From contig CAVUHW010000031.1 in NCBI GenBank assembly GCA_963741205.1, positions 64,001 to 128,000 of the forward strand: a stretch of 64,000 nt of DNA, read 5' to 3'. Of this stretch, positions 42,795 through 56,411 are shown in pieces. The stretch comes from Nitrospirota bacterium. GTDB lineage: Bacteria; Nitrospirota; UBA9217. Both the position numbers and the translations under genes were made by a program. The notes beneath the pieces were generated by a model. The model was not told the DNA's origin. It ran no database searches and saw nothing but the letters and a program-made list of their open reading frames with translations. How positions within the stretch are numbered: the first letter of the stretch is position 1; each line of letters opens with the position of its first letter.

Positions 42795-44210
42795 ATGGCG
42801 AATCTGAGCGCAGAGGCAAAGGTGGGCTTGCTGGTGATCGTGGGGTCGGCGATCCTCCTGTACATGACCATTGCCGTCGGCAAGTACGAATTCGGAGAGA
42901 AGAAAGGCTATACCCTGGAGGCGACGTTCGACTCCGTGGCCGGGATCGATCAGAAGGCGGCCGTGCGCATGGCAGGCGTGAAGATCGGAACGGTTGAAAA
43001 GGTGGAACTCGATGACAGCCGCGCCAAGGTGACCCTGCGGCTCGACGAGGGCGTAAAGATCAAGCGCGGGTCAGAGGCCATGATCAAGACCCTGGGTCTC
43101 CTGGGCGAGAAATACGTGGAATTCATGCCGGCGAGATTGGAACGTCCCGTAACCGCACAAGCCCGGCGAATCCCCCTATTACCAGAACGGCGACCGGGTC
43201 CTGGTCACCGTTTCCCCGAGCGACGTGGACAAGCTCATCAACCAGCTCTCCGCCATTTCGGACGACGTCAAACAGATCACGGCGTCGCTCCGCCAGGTCC
43301 TGGGGACCGAGACAGGGCACGAAGTCCATGGAGGACATCCTGAATGACCTGCGCCAGACCACGGCGAACATCAAGGACTTCTCCCAGACCCTCCGGAGCG
43401 ACGGCAGCGAGCTTGTCGTGAGCCTCAATGAGCTGGTGGCAAGCCTCAACGGCGTCGTAGGGGAGAACCGCGACAACCTGCGCGTGACCATGGAGAACGT
43501 CAAGGAGGCGTCGAAGAACGCCGAGATGGCCCTGGCCACCCTCGACAATACCATGAAAAAAATCGACCAGGGAGAAGGCACGATCGGCAAGCTCGTGAAC
43601 AACGACAGCATGTACAACAGCATCGACAGCGCCGCCAAGGGCATCACGGACTACGTCTCGCGCATCGAGCGCATGAAGACGATCGTCGGGTTCCGGAGCG
43701 AGTACACGTTCCCCCAGACCAAGAACTATGTCACTCTGGAGCTCAAGCCGCGGCCGGACAAGTACTATATTCTCGAAGTGACCAACGATCCCTTCGGCAG
43801 CTTCAAGCGGGAGGTGCACACGTCGCACGCCGCCCGGCGCCACGGTGGTGACCGAGACCTTCGAGGATAAGTTCAAGTTCAGCCTCGAATACGCGAGACG
43901 GTGGGGGAACCTCGCCCTCCGCTTCGGCCTGATAGAATCCACGGGCGGCGTCGCGGCAGACTATTATTTCTGGGATGACCGGTTCAAGGTGAGCCTTGAT
44001 TCGTGGAACTACAACAGCAGGGAGCCGGGCAACGAAAAGGTGCATCTCAAGGCGACGGCCAGTTACGGCCTGGGAAAGACCTTCTACGTGAACGCCGGTT
44101 ACGATAATTTCCTGAACTCGCAGCGTTCGGCGCCATTCGTCGGCGCCGGACTGCGGTTCGACGACGACGATCTGAAGTATCTCATGGGCAGCGTGCCGAT
44201 ACCGAAGTGA
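42795..44210 (+). CDS. mlaD: Long MlaD/MCE protein with helical stalk and beta-rich C-terminal domain; frameshifts
   Basis: EAKVG TM; MCE domain (VRMAGVKIGTV, LGLLGEKYV); long heptad region; GEGTIGKLV; aromatic beta-strand C-terminus. Confidence 0.88.
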
Positions 44211-44219
44211 CGAAGCTTG

Positions 44220-44295
44220 CAGAGCGCATACGAGCATAGCGTAGAACCACTCGTGCTCCACTCCTTACGCCATGCGCCATGCGCTCTGCGCTTTG
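44220..44295. repeat. Heptamer-periodic inverted array (GAGCATA ... CCATGCG)
   Basis: agagcgcatacgagcatagcgtag ... tacgccatgcgccatgcgctctgcgc. Confidence 0.6.
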
Positions 44296-44305
44296 CTGTC
44301 TTACC

Positions 44306-44334
44306 TTGACATTTCGAGGCCAGTTTCATAGAAT
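44306..44334 (+). promoter_or_regulatory. Sigma-70 promoter of galU
   Basis: TTGACA-17 nt-TAGAAT. Confidence 0.7.
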
Positions 44335-44351
44335 GCCCGCGAGGTGTTTGC

Positions 44352-45221
44352 ATGGACAAACCGGTCACCAAAGCGATTTTCCCGGCCGCAGGCCTGGGCA
44401 CCCGTTTCCTGCCGTACACCAAGGTGTCGCCCAAGGAGATGCTGCCGCTCGTGGACAAGCCGCTCATCCAGTATGTTGTGGAGGAGGCGGTATCGTCGGG
44501 CATCGAACAGGTCATCCTGGTGACCGGAAGGGGCAAACGGGCGATCGAGGACCACTTCGACGTCGCCTTCGAACTGGAAGAGAACCTCAAGGCAAAGGGC
44601 AAGCACAAGCTGCTCTCGGAGGTGCAGCGTATCGCGAACCTCGTGACGTTCTGCTACATCCGGCAGAAGCAGGCGCTCGGTCTCGGTCACGCGGTCTTGA
44701 CGGCCAAACGCCTGATCGGCGACGATCCCTTTGCCGTGCTGCTGGGCGACGACATCATCGATGCAAAGGTCCCGGCGCTCAAACAGATGCTGGATGTGTA
44801 TCAGCGGTACCCGGCGACGATCCTCGCCATCCAGAGGGTGCCGAAATCCCTGACGAAGAACTACGGGATCATCGGCGGCAGGAAGATCGAGGACGGCATT
44901 TATCATGTCACGGACCTCATTGAAAAACCCTCGCCCGACGAGGCGCCGTCGAACCTGGCTATCATCGGGCGCTACATCCTGGCGCCCGAAATCTTCGGCG
45001 CCCTTGAGCACACCCCCCCGGGGAAGGGTGGGGAGATCCAACTGACCGACGGGCTCCGGCTCCTGATGAAGAAGAGGCCGATCTACGCCTACGAGTTCGA
45101 GGGCATCCGGCACGACGCAGGGGATAAGCTGGGGTTCCTGAAGGCAACGGTGGCGTTCGGGCTCAAGAACCAGGAGTTCGGCGAGGCGTTCAGGGACTAT
45201 TTGAAGAGGCTGAAGCTGTAA
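44352..45221 (+). CDS. galU: UTP-glucose-1-phosphate uridylyltransferase
   Basis: PAAGLGTRFLP, PKEMLP, LGLGHAV, IEKP, GGEIQLTD. Confidence 0.96.
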   Translation: MDKPVTKAIFPAAGLGTRFLPYTKVSPKEMLPLVDKPLIQYVVEEAVSSGIEQVILVTGRGKRAIEDHFDVAFELEENLKAKGKHKLLSEVQRIANLVTFCYIRQKQALGLGHAVLTAKRLIGDDPFAVLLGDDIIDAKVPALKQMLDVYQRYPATILAIQRVPKSLTKNYGIIGGRKIEDGIYHVTDLIEKPSPDEAPSNLAIIGRYILAPEIFGALEHTPPGKGGEIQLTDGLRLLMKKRPIYAYEFEGIRHDAGDKLGFLKATVAFGLKNQEFGEAFRDYLKRLKL

Positions 45222-45240
45222 AACGACTTCCTTAGATTCC

Positions 45241-45320
45241 GTCATTCCCGCAATGCTTCTGAGCGGGAATCCATTTTAAGATCAACCAGTGGATCCCCGA
45301 TAGAGGCATTCGGGGATGAC
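45241..45320. repeat. REP-like double-hairpin element, copy 1
   Basis: GTCATTCCCGC..GCGGGAATCC-spacer-GGATCCCCGA..TCGGGGATGAC. Confidence 0.8.
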
Positions 45321-45400
45321 GAACGTTGTGAGAAGAAAGTTTATTCGTCAATTGACTGGCTAGTCTGCCAGCAATGTAAAACGAGCACGAGGAGGCCGGC

Positions 45401-47770
<2,370 letters not shown>

Positions 47771-47880
47771 CCCACAAGAGGCTTCCGGGCAGGTCAGTGG
47801 CGACGCACTGATAAGGCGATTGAGGAATGCGGAAGGCGGATTTCGGAATGAAGAGATTATTGCAATCGCCATCCGTTTCC

Positions 47881-47961
47881 ATCATTCCCGCAGAGCTTTT
47901 GAGCGGGAATCCATTTTGATAACAGAACAATGGATCCCCGATAAAGGCGTTCGGGGATGAC
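47881..47961. repeat. REP-like double-hairpin element, copy 2
   Basis: Closely similar to 45241-45320, same orientation. Confidence 0.8.
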
Positions 47962-47990
47962 AAATTCTTTTATACAAATCTCAAATCAGC

Positions 47991-49075
47991 ATGAAACTAT
48001 CAGCCCTGGGTGAATTCGGCCTGATCGAAAAAATACGGAAGTCGGTCGTCAGGCCGTCGCCTTCGGTGCTGATCGGCATCGGAGACGATGCCGCGGTCCT
48101 GAAGACATCGTTGTCCGCAGTTCTTCTCGCCACAACCGACATGCTGATCGAGGGAGTGCATTTCGACCTCGCGTACACCGATTTTTACTCGCTCGGCTGG
48201 AAGTCCGCCGCAGTCAACTTAAGCGACATCGCCGCAATGGGAGGCATTCCCCGTTTCTGCCTGACCTCGCTCGGCATCCCCCCGGTCCTCTCCGTGGCGC
48301 AGATAACCGAATTTTACCGGGGTTTGAACGGGCTCCTGAAGGCCCACCGGACCATGCTCGTGGGCGGGGACACCTGTTCCTCGCCAGGGGGAATGACCGT
48401 CTCCGTCACCGTGCTCGGCGAGGCGGAAAAGAAGAGCGTCGTAAGCCGCGCAGGGGCCAGGCCGGGAGACCGGATCTACGTAACGGGGACGCTCGGCGAT
48501 TCAGCGGCGGGGCTGGAAATTGCTGAAGGCGGAGTGCCCTGACGTGCCGAAGCCCAGACGAGGCAGAGGAAGCATAGAATCCGGTAGTCCGCGGAGGCGA
48601 CAAGTCCGGAGTGTTACAATCCGCAATCACGCGTTGATGCAGAAGCATCTCCGTCCCGAACCCCGCGTCGAGTGGGGCAGAAAGCTCGCGCTTTCCCGGT
48701 GCGCGCACGCCATGATCGACGTGAGCGACGGCCTTTCATCGGACCTCTCGCATATCTGCGGGCAGAGCGGGGTAGGGGCGGTCATTGCAGCCGAAAAAAT
48801 ACCCTTTTCCCCCTCGCTCCGGAAGGCAGCCGCGCACCTGGGCAAATCGCCGCTTCACTACGCCTTGTCCGGCGGAGAAGATTACGAACTCCTGTTCACC
48901 GCGCCGCCTGCCAAGGTCCGGAAACTGCGGTCGCTCGATATTCCCGTGGTGGAGATCGGGGAAATCACCCGGGCGCGGGAAGCTGCTGATCGTGGACGGA
49001 CGGGGCAAGACCACGCCTCTCGCGCCCACGGGGTATAATCATTTTGCTCGCGCTCCAAGGAGAAAGGCATTTTAG
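47991..49075 (+). CDS. thiL: Thiamine-monophosphate kinase; frameshifts
   Basis: GEFGLI, GIGDDAA, NLSDIAAMGG, VGGDT, IDVSDGL, SGGEDYEL, GYNHF. Confidence 0.94.
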
Positions 49076-49521
49076 GCAAACGATATATCAACGAACGGAT
49101 CCGTTCCATCGTAAAGCTGGACGATCCGCCGCATGAGCTTGCGCTCGCCTTTGCCCTGGGGGTGTTTATCGCCTTCAGCCCTACCATCGGGTTTCACCTG
49201 CTGACGTGCCTCGTGGTGGGGTGGCTGTTCGGTTTGAACAAGCTTGTGCTCATCACGGCCTCGTTCATCAACAACCCATGGACCGTCGTGCCCATGTACG
49301 GGTTCTGCATCTGGTTCGGCCTCAAGATCACCGGCCACCATGGCCGCGTCCCGCGCATTGCATGGAACGAACTCACCTTCTCCAACTCTTACACCGTCCT
49401 GAAGCCGTTCCTCTGGTCCTACGTGGCCGGCACCTTGATCGTCGGCGCCTTTGCGGCGGTCATTTCCTATTTTCTGTTCTATGAGCTTGTGGTACGATAC
49501 CGGAAGACTGAAAAATCGTGA
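49072..49521 (+). CDS. DUF2062 family membrane protein; start uncertain
   Basis: DDPPHELALAFALGVFIAFSPTIG...INNPWT. Confidence 0.8.
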   Translation, partial: LGKRYINERIRSIVKLDDPPHELALAFALGVFIAFSPTIGFHLLTCLVVGWLFGLNKLVLITASFINNPWTVVPMYGFCIWFGLKITGHHGRVPRIAWNELTFSNSYTVLKPFLWSYVAGTLIVGAFAAVISYFLFYELVVRYRKTEKS

Positions 49522-49548
49522 TGCGGACGACGAAGGAGTAACGTCTCA

Positions 49549-50575
49549 TTGACACAGCCGATTGTCTCGGTAGTGATCGTCAACTGGAACGGCAAGCACC
49601 TGCTGGGGGAATGCCTGGATTCGCTCGCTTGCCCAGCGCGCCGGCGATGTGGAGATCGTTTTGGTGGACAACGGGTCGCGCGACGGGTCGGTCGAATTCG
49701 TCCGGGAACGCTATCCTGGCGTAAGGCTCGTAAGCCTGCCGGAAAACACGGGTTTTGCCGGAGGCAACAACGCCGGGATACGGGTGGCGAGTGGCAAGTA
49801 TATCGCTCTACTGAATAACGACACGAAGGCGGACCCCGCCTGGCTTGCGAACCTGCTGGAAGCGGCTGAGGCGAGCCCCCGTGCGGTAGGGATGTGGGCG
49901 TGCAAAATACTTTCCTACGATAATCCCGTGGTGATCGATAATGTCGGCCTGCTTCTCTACCCCGACGGACTGGGCAGGGGGCACGGCAGGCTGGACGTGG
50001 ACCGCGGGCAGTTCGACCGACAGGGGGAGGCATTTTCCCCAAGCGGATGCGCGGGACTGTATCGCAGGGAGATGCTGGACGAGATCGGTCTTTTCGACGA
50101 GGAATTTTTCGCCTATGCCGATGACGTGGACCTCGGGCTTCGCGCCAGGCTCGCGGGATGGGGGTGCGGGTATGTCCCTTCCGCAAAGGTGTACCACAAA
50201 TATTCGTCGTCTTCCTCGGCCTATTCGCCGTTCAAGGCCTTCCTGGTGGAACGAAACCGGATATGGGTCCTGCTCAAGTATTATCCGCTGGAGCTCGTGC
50301 TCGTGAGCCCCTTCTTCACGCTCCTGCGGCTTTCGGTCCATCTCTACGGCGCGCTCTCCGGGAAGGGCGCGAGCGCGAGGTTTTCCGAGCAGCATTCCGT
50401 TCTGAAGGCCCTGGCGATTTTGCTGAAGGCGGGGGGCGCGGCCCTTGCGGCGGTACCCGGCATTTGCCGGCAACGCAGGGCGTTTTCCCCTTTGAGGCGC
50501 CTCAGTCGTCCCGAGCTCTACCGTTTGCTGTGCCGGTACCGGATTTCGGCGCGCGAAGTCGCGTTGAAGGAATAG
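49549..50575 (+). CDS. GT2 glycosyltransferase; frameshift near 49640
   Basis: VSVVIVNWNG, VDNGSRDGS, NTGFAGGNN, LLNND, FFAYADDVDL. Confidence 0.92.
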
Positions 50576-50643
50576 AATGTAAGCGTCTGAATGAAGTTAA
50601 AAAGCTTCAGTTTGCGTGATTCTGTAATTTGCGGTGATTCGGT

Positions 50644-50667
50644 CGCAGGCTAAAGCCTGCGGCTACC
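50644..50667 (-). repeat. GTAG-type REP-like palindrome
   Basis: Reverse strand GGTAGC-CGCAGGC-TTTA-GCCTGCG. Confidence 0.55.
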
Positions 50668-50683
50668 ATGCGGTCTCTTTTTT

Positions 50684-51399
50684 ATGAGTGTATTGAACGA
50701 GATGAAAATACTGATCATCATACCAGCCTACAATGAAGAAGAGAGCCTCCCCGGAGTGATCGGGGACCTCCGGGCCCATGTGCCCTCGGTCGAGCTGCTC
50801 GTCGTGAACGACGGGTCACGCGACGGGACTGCGCGGATCGCCCGCTCGCTGGGGGTCCCGGTCCTCGATCTTCCGTTCAACCTAGGCATCGGGGGCGCGG
50901 TCCAGGCGGGATACCTCTACGCGATGCAGAACGGGTATGATGTCGCGGTGCAGTTCGACGGCGACGGGCAGCACGTGGCCGCGGAGATCAAGAAGCTGCT
51001 CGAACCGCTTGGAAGCGGGGAGGGCGGACCTCGCGATCGGCTCCCGTTATCTGTCCCCGAGCGATTACCGGACACCCGTGTTCAGGAAGTTCGGCATCGG
51101 TATTTTCTCGTTCGTCCTTTCGCGTATCCTCGGCATGCAGGTGACGGACAGCACCTCCGGCTTTCGCGCGGCGAACCGCAGGGTGATCGAATTTTTCGCC
51201 CGGACCTATCCCGACGATTATCCGGAAGTGGAGTCGCTCGTGCTCCTGCACAAGATGCACATGCGGATGGAGGAGGTCGCCGTCAGCCATGCGCGGCCGC
51301 ACCGGAGGAAAGTCTTCCATTACGCCCCTGCGGTCGATCTATTATATGGCGAAAGTGCTTATGGCGATTTTCATCGATCTGATGAAGAGAGTGAGGTGA
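50684..51399 (+). CDS. DPM1-like GT2 glycosyltransferase; frameshifts
   Basis: IIPAYNEE, VNDGSRDGT, NLGIGGAVQAG, QFDGDGQH, TDSTSGFRA, YPEVE. Confidence 0.9.
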
Positions 51400-51401
51400 C
51401 C

Positions 51402-51807
51402 ATGGACCTGCTAAAAATTATTTGCCGTTGTCGGGAGCGTGGCCCTCCTGATCGTGGTCGTGGAGCTGATCCGGAGGGGGAGATTAAAGGAGCGATATTC
51501 CCTGCTGTGGCTCCTTGCCGGAGGCATCCTGCTGTTTCTTTCCTCATCAAGAGGGGTCCTGAATTCCATAGCCCGTCTGCTGGGAATTTTTTATCCGCCG
51601 TCGTTTCTTTTTCTCCTGGCTTTTTTCTTCCTGCTTTTGATCACGCTTCATTTTTCCGTCGTGATATCCGGCCTGTCGGAAAAAAACAAAAAACTCGCGC
51701 AGGAACTGGCGCTCCTGCGCCGGGAGATGGAAGAAGTGCCGGGTGAAAGCAGAGCGAAGGTGATCGGCGAGAAGGGCCTGACGACGGATATTTTGCCATC
51801 TTTGTGA
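51402..51807 (+). CDS. DUF2304 family membrane protein; frameshift near start
   Basis: LIRRGRLKERYSLLW, LGIFYPPS, KKLAQELAL. Confidence 0.85.
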
Positions 51808-51944
51808 TGCGGCAGCGAAAATATCTTTTGACAGTAATCCGCTAGCGCGGATGAAAATACGGAAAATAATCTTTACTTTGTCCGTGTTCCATGTTAAATT
51901 TTCAGATCAATACTGACCTTGATGAAAGGGGTTTCGAATCAATC

Positions 51945-53156
51945 ATGCAAGGGATGGCAGAAAAAGTGAACCGCCTATTCAATCACCGGAGATTCAACCT
52001 GATAGCATTCTTCATGATCGCGATACTGATACTGATCGCCTATTCGAACACGTTTCATGCAAGCTTTCACTTCGACGACAACCCGTCGATCGTGGACAAC
52101 TACACCATCAAAGTCGTGAACGCTGACAACATCATGACATCTGCTCAGCATCAACCGGCCCGTGGTCTACCTGAGCTTGATGCTCAATTACAGCCTGGGC
52201 GGCATGAACGTCGTCGGGCTATCATATTTTCAATGTCGGATGTCATATCGCAAACAGCTTTCTTGTGTATCTCTTCTGATCATCTGGACGCTGAACTGCC
52301 CGTCCTGGAAAAGCGGTATGCGGACAAGGCAAGGAGGATGGCCCTCTTCGCGGCGCTTCTGTTCGCCGTCCATCCGGTCCAGACCGAAGCAGTGACCTAC
52401 ATCATCAGCCGCACCGAGCTTTTGGCGACGTTTTTTTATCTCGGGGCCATGCTGATGTTCATTCAAGGGGTCAGGAAGAAGAAATTTGCCTGGTTCTCGG
52501 CGCTGCATGTTCGGCATTCCTCTCCGTGGGGTCCAAGGAATGGGCGGTGACCCTGCCTGCCATGCTTTTTCTCTATGACTTTCTCTTCCTGTCCGAAGGC
52601 AAGTTAAAACCGGCACTGTCGCGTGGATGGCCTATGTCCTCATTACGCTGCCGTGGTGGGCGGTTCATTGCGCATACCCTGAATCTTGCGTCAGCAGCCC
52701 GAGCGTCGGCTTCAATATTACCAATTCCGCGGGCATCCCCTTGAATCCCTGGACCTATCTGCTTACGTCGTTCAACGTCCTCTGGACATACTATCAGGCT
52801 TCTGTTCCTGCCGATCAACCAGAACCTGGATTACGAATACTCACGTCGCGAAGACGCTGTTCGAATTTCCCACGCTGCTCTCTTTAATCGGCCACATGGC
52901 GGTCGTGGCCGCGGCATTCTGGCTCTATAAGAAGAAGGGCTGGATGTTGATCCCCTTCGGCATCGCGTGGTTCTACATCACCATATCGCCCACGCAGAGT
53001 TTTGTGCCGGTCATGGACATCATTTTCGAGCACCGGGTCTACATGCCGTCGATAGGTTTTTTCCTGGCGTTCCTCGCTGCATATGGGGAGCTCTTTGATT
53101 GGCTGGACGAAAGACAGGCAGTGAAGGCGCCCGCGAGCAGTGCCGCGAGGCGTTAA
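51945..53156 (+). CDS. TMTC/PMT-like GT-C membrane glycosyltransferase lacking a TPR tail; frameshifts
   Basis: YSNTFHASFHFDD, RPVVYLS, LFAVHPVQTEAVTYI.SR.E, SKE, LP..QNLDY, FEHRVYMPSIG; stop shortly afterwards. Confidence 0.85.
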
Positions 53157-53254
53157 AAACAGTAGCGTCCCGTTATATTCGTCGGATAATCAATTGCCTA
53201 GCCGTGAACGGTCAACAGGTGTCGCGAACAATCGAACTATCAAACTTCATTATT

Positions 53255-54410
53255 TCACGCGAGTTCTTCATAGAGAGAGCGGATTTTGCTGAATACCGCT
53301 TCCTTGCCGTAATGCTTCCGTATATAGAGCCTGCCCGCTGTTTCCGAGCTCTTCCGCGAACGACCTGTCATGAAGGACCCTTATAACCTGTGAAGCAAAG
53401 CCCTCGGGATCATCGGCTATGAGGATGTCCCGGCCAGGCTCCGCCCTAATGCCCTCGTTTCCGTACGTAGTGGACACGACGGGCGTACCCGCGGCCATTG
53501 CATCGAGGATCTTTACGATAATCCCGCCCCCGACGAGGATCGGGGCGACAAAAACCGAGGCCCTCTTGTAATACTCATCCGCATCGTCGACAAAGCCGGG
53601 AACCACAACAGAAGGGTCCTGATTCTGAAGCGACAGGAGTTCATCGGGAGGTCCGTAACCCGCGATGATAAATTGCGCGTCAGGAATATTTTTGCGGACC
53701 AGGGGAAGAACCGAGTGGTAAAAATACAGCGCCGCATCAACATTCGTTTTCCGGTATTTGAAGGATGCGAGAAAAAGGATTGTGTTTTTACTTGCGCTCA
53801 AACGCCTTGTCGGTTATATCAAGACCGGCAGGGTGGGGTATTGTTGAAAGAGGAAGGGCGGGGGCCAGCGAATTCAGGTAATCGCGCTCGATCGTTGAGC
53901 GGACAATGACCCGATCGAACCTCCTGGCAATACGAGCTTCCATGCTGCGTATGAACCTGAATGCCAGATATCCCAGGACACGATGGATGCCTCTTGCCTG
54001 CCGGTATCTCCGTTCAGCCGGTTTCGTTACAACATCGTGGGCATCGAGGACCATCGGCGTCTGTTTTTCGTGATCAGGATCGCCGCTTCTACCCACTCAA
54101 CCTGTACGAGATCATAATGCTCGCGGGAAATGAGCCTGTTTGCATGCCTGCTGAAGCCGAGGTAGTTCATCAGCAGCCTGAAAGTCACGAACAACCCGCG
54201 CTTAGACGATGTTTTGTAGGGATAGGGATGGATTGTCCGGCAAAAGGGCTTTAACTCGGCGAGGTCCGATAACTCCCGTTCCTCCACCCGTGTCGCTAAA
54301 TGGATTTCATGGCGCCGGGACAGTTCCTTGATTATTTCAAAAACGAGCCTGCCGCCTGCGTGGGTTGCTTTTTGCCGGGGGAGAAAAAGACTGATCACGA
54401 GTATTTTCAT
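53255..54410 (-). CDS. GT4 glycosyltransferase; frameshifts
   Basis: MKILVIS...HAGG, DAHDV, KILDAMAAGTPVVST. Confidence 0.88.
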
Positions 54411-54447
54411 TTGAACATGACCACGAAGACCTCGGGCTGTAATCTGA

Positions 54448-55551
54448 TTATTTAGTGCGCGCAGGAAGGGAGTCTATTATTCGGTCGTAGACGGTGTCAA
54501 CCGATATCAATTCCATGCAGTCGGAGACGGGGCAGCGCGAGTCATATGCCTGCTTGTAACATGCCTTGCAGGGCACATCAGGCTCGACGATCGTGCCCAG
54601 GCCGTAGAGAAAGAATTCGTTGCTGTTGAAAATATTGTTCAAGAGCACGATTTTCTTTTCGAGGCCGATGGCGATATGCAGCGCCATCGTGACGGCAGTG
54701 ACGACCACGTCACAATAGCTCATGAGCCCGACAAATTCTCTATATGACTTCACTCCTTCGTAGTACGCTCCGGTTTCTTTTGCCAGCCGCGTGTTTTTAT
54801 CATGTTCTTCCGGCCCGCCGAGCAGGAGAACCCGCAGTTCGCTTTTCTGAAGTCTGGAAATAAGCTCCGCCCAGAAACGCTCGGGCCATATCCTTGTCGG
54901 CCAGACATTTCCCGCGCCTGTATTGAGACCGACGAGCGGGGTTTGGGCGCTCCTGAGATGCGGAAGGGAAGGCGTAACGGCGCCTTCCAGGATGTATTTC
55001 TCTCCCTTCCATTCCCAACCGCAGATTTCGAAGAGTTCCTCGACATAGTGCTTCCTGTTCTCCTTCATGAGGTCGTCAAAAACGCCGGTCAGCCATTTGC
55101 GATGCGCGTCCGCATCCGCCGGAACTATTCTTCCCCGTTTGTCGAGCAGGAACCCTTTTTTAACCTTGGCATGTATCCTGTTTGCAAGCGCGCAGACATG
55201 GTGCTCCTTGTCGAGGCTTAAAAGAAGATCGAATTCTTCCTCTAAAATCATCTGAACGTTCTTCCAGTCGTACTTGAGAATTCTCTTGACCAGAGAGCGG
55301 GGGACGAAATCCGGGAAATCGGTGATCCAGGTTATTTCCACGGACTGGTCGGCATAGAGAGATTTTATCCTGTGAAGCAGGGGAGTATTGCGGATGACTT
55401 CCCCGGCCGCCCCAATCTTGAGTATCAGTACCCGAAAACCGACCCGGGACAAATCTTCGCAGCCCTCGCAAACACTCCCTTTTACTTTGTGGGAACGGCA
55501 CGGTTTATAACCGTTAAAATGGGTGCAGTCTTTATGAGTTATTCGATGCAT
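54448..55551 (-). CDS. GT9 (heptosyltransferase-like) glycosyltransferase with Cys-rich termini
   Basis: KIGAAGEVIRNTP, GLNTGAG..WPTRIWP, LLGGPEE, TMALHIA; CxHF..YKPC..CxxC and CxxCY..C..CM. Confidence 0.85.
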   Translation of the reverse strand: MHRITHKDCTHFNGYKPCRSHKVKGSVCEGCEDLSRVGFRVLILKIGAAGEVIRNTPLLHRIKSLYADQSVEITWITDFPDFVPRSLVKRILKYDWKNVQMILEEEFDLLLSLDKEHHVCALANRIHAKVKKGFLLDKRGRIVPADADAHRKWLTGVFDDLMKENRKHYVEELFEICGWEWKGEKYILEGAVTPSLPHLRSAQTPLVGLNTGAGNVWPTRIWPERFWAELISRLQKSELRVLLLGGPEEHDKNTRLAKETGAYYEGVKSYREFVGLMSYCDVVVTAVTMALHIAIGLEKKIVLLNNIFNSNEFFLYGLGTIVEPDVPCKACYKQAYDSRCPVSDCMELISVDTVYDRIIDSLPARTK

Positions 55552-55615
55552 ATGCGTTTCACCTGTACCAGAAAAAGATAATAGCTCTTCAACCGCCCGT
55601 TTGCGCCTGATCCGA

Positions 55616-56392
55616 TCATTTCTTTTTTGCCAGGCAGAAGACACCGCCGCAAGCAGTCCACCTGGAGGTTGAGTTCAACACCAGGGCAGCGGCGCGGCCC
55701 ACGGAAGTCAGCTCATAGAGCTGCGGGCTGTGGAGCGGAGGGAAATCTGCCCAGATGCCCAGCGACATCCGTTTGTTCTCAAAATCGTCCCACGTCGTAA
55801 AGAGCGGTTCAAAGCCGGAGTTCCGCACGAGGTGTTCCACTTCCTCCCTGGTGTAGCGGTATTCGGCAAAATGGATTTCCCCTCCCTGCAGCTTGTGCAG
55901 CATCAGGTAGAGCTTTCGCAAAGGATGGGCCACCGCTTTTCGGAAGACGTTATCCAGCGGGACCGTAAGGAATAGCAACCCTCCCGGCTTGAGCACCCGG
56001 TACGCTTCCTTCATGGCCGCCTCGCATCCCTCCTCGAAATGTTCCACCACACCCAGGGAGATATAGGCCCCGAAATGTCCATCATTATAAGGAAGGCGCC
56101 GGATATCGCCATAGGCCACATCCAGGGAAGGCTTCCAGGCTTTCAGCCGGTCGATAACGTCCCTGTTATTGTCGATACCGGCGATCCGGTACCCCTTGCC
56201 GCTCAGGTAGATGACCCAGGCCCCGAGACCGCACCCCGCCTCCAGGATCGGCTCATCCTTCGGCAGGTACTTCTGAAAATACTCGACGATGTTTCTCCCG
56301 GGGCAGGCGGCGACCTCATCCTCCACCCTGTGGTTGTCCCACAGGTGAGTCCGCTGCCCGGCTGCATCCCTGATGGTATAAATCTTCTTCAT
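55616..56392 (-). CDS. Class I SAM-dependent methyltransferase
   Basis: ILEAGCGLG, GDIRRLPY, GVVEHF, RVLKPGG. Confidence 0.88.
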   Translation of the reverse strand: MKKIYTIRDAAGQRTHLWDNHRVEDEVAACPGRNIVEYFQKYLPKDEPILEAGCGLGAWVIYLSGKGYRIAGIDNNRDVIDRLKAWKPSLDVAYGDIRRLPYNDGHFGAYISLGVVEHFEEGCEAAMKEAYRVLKPGGLLFLTVPLDNVFRKAVAHPLRKLYLMLHKLQGGEIHFAEYRYTREEVEHLVRNSGFEPLFTTWDDFENKRMSLGIWADFPPLHSPQLYELTSVGRAAALVLNSTSRWTACGGVFCLAKKK

Positions 56393-56411
56393 GAAATCCC
56401 CTTGCCTTCGG

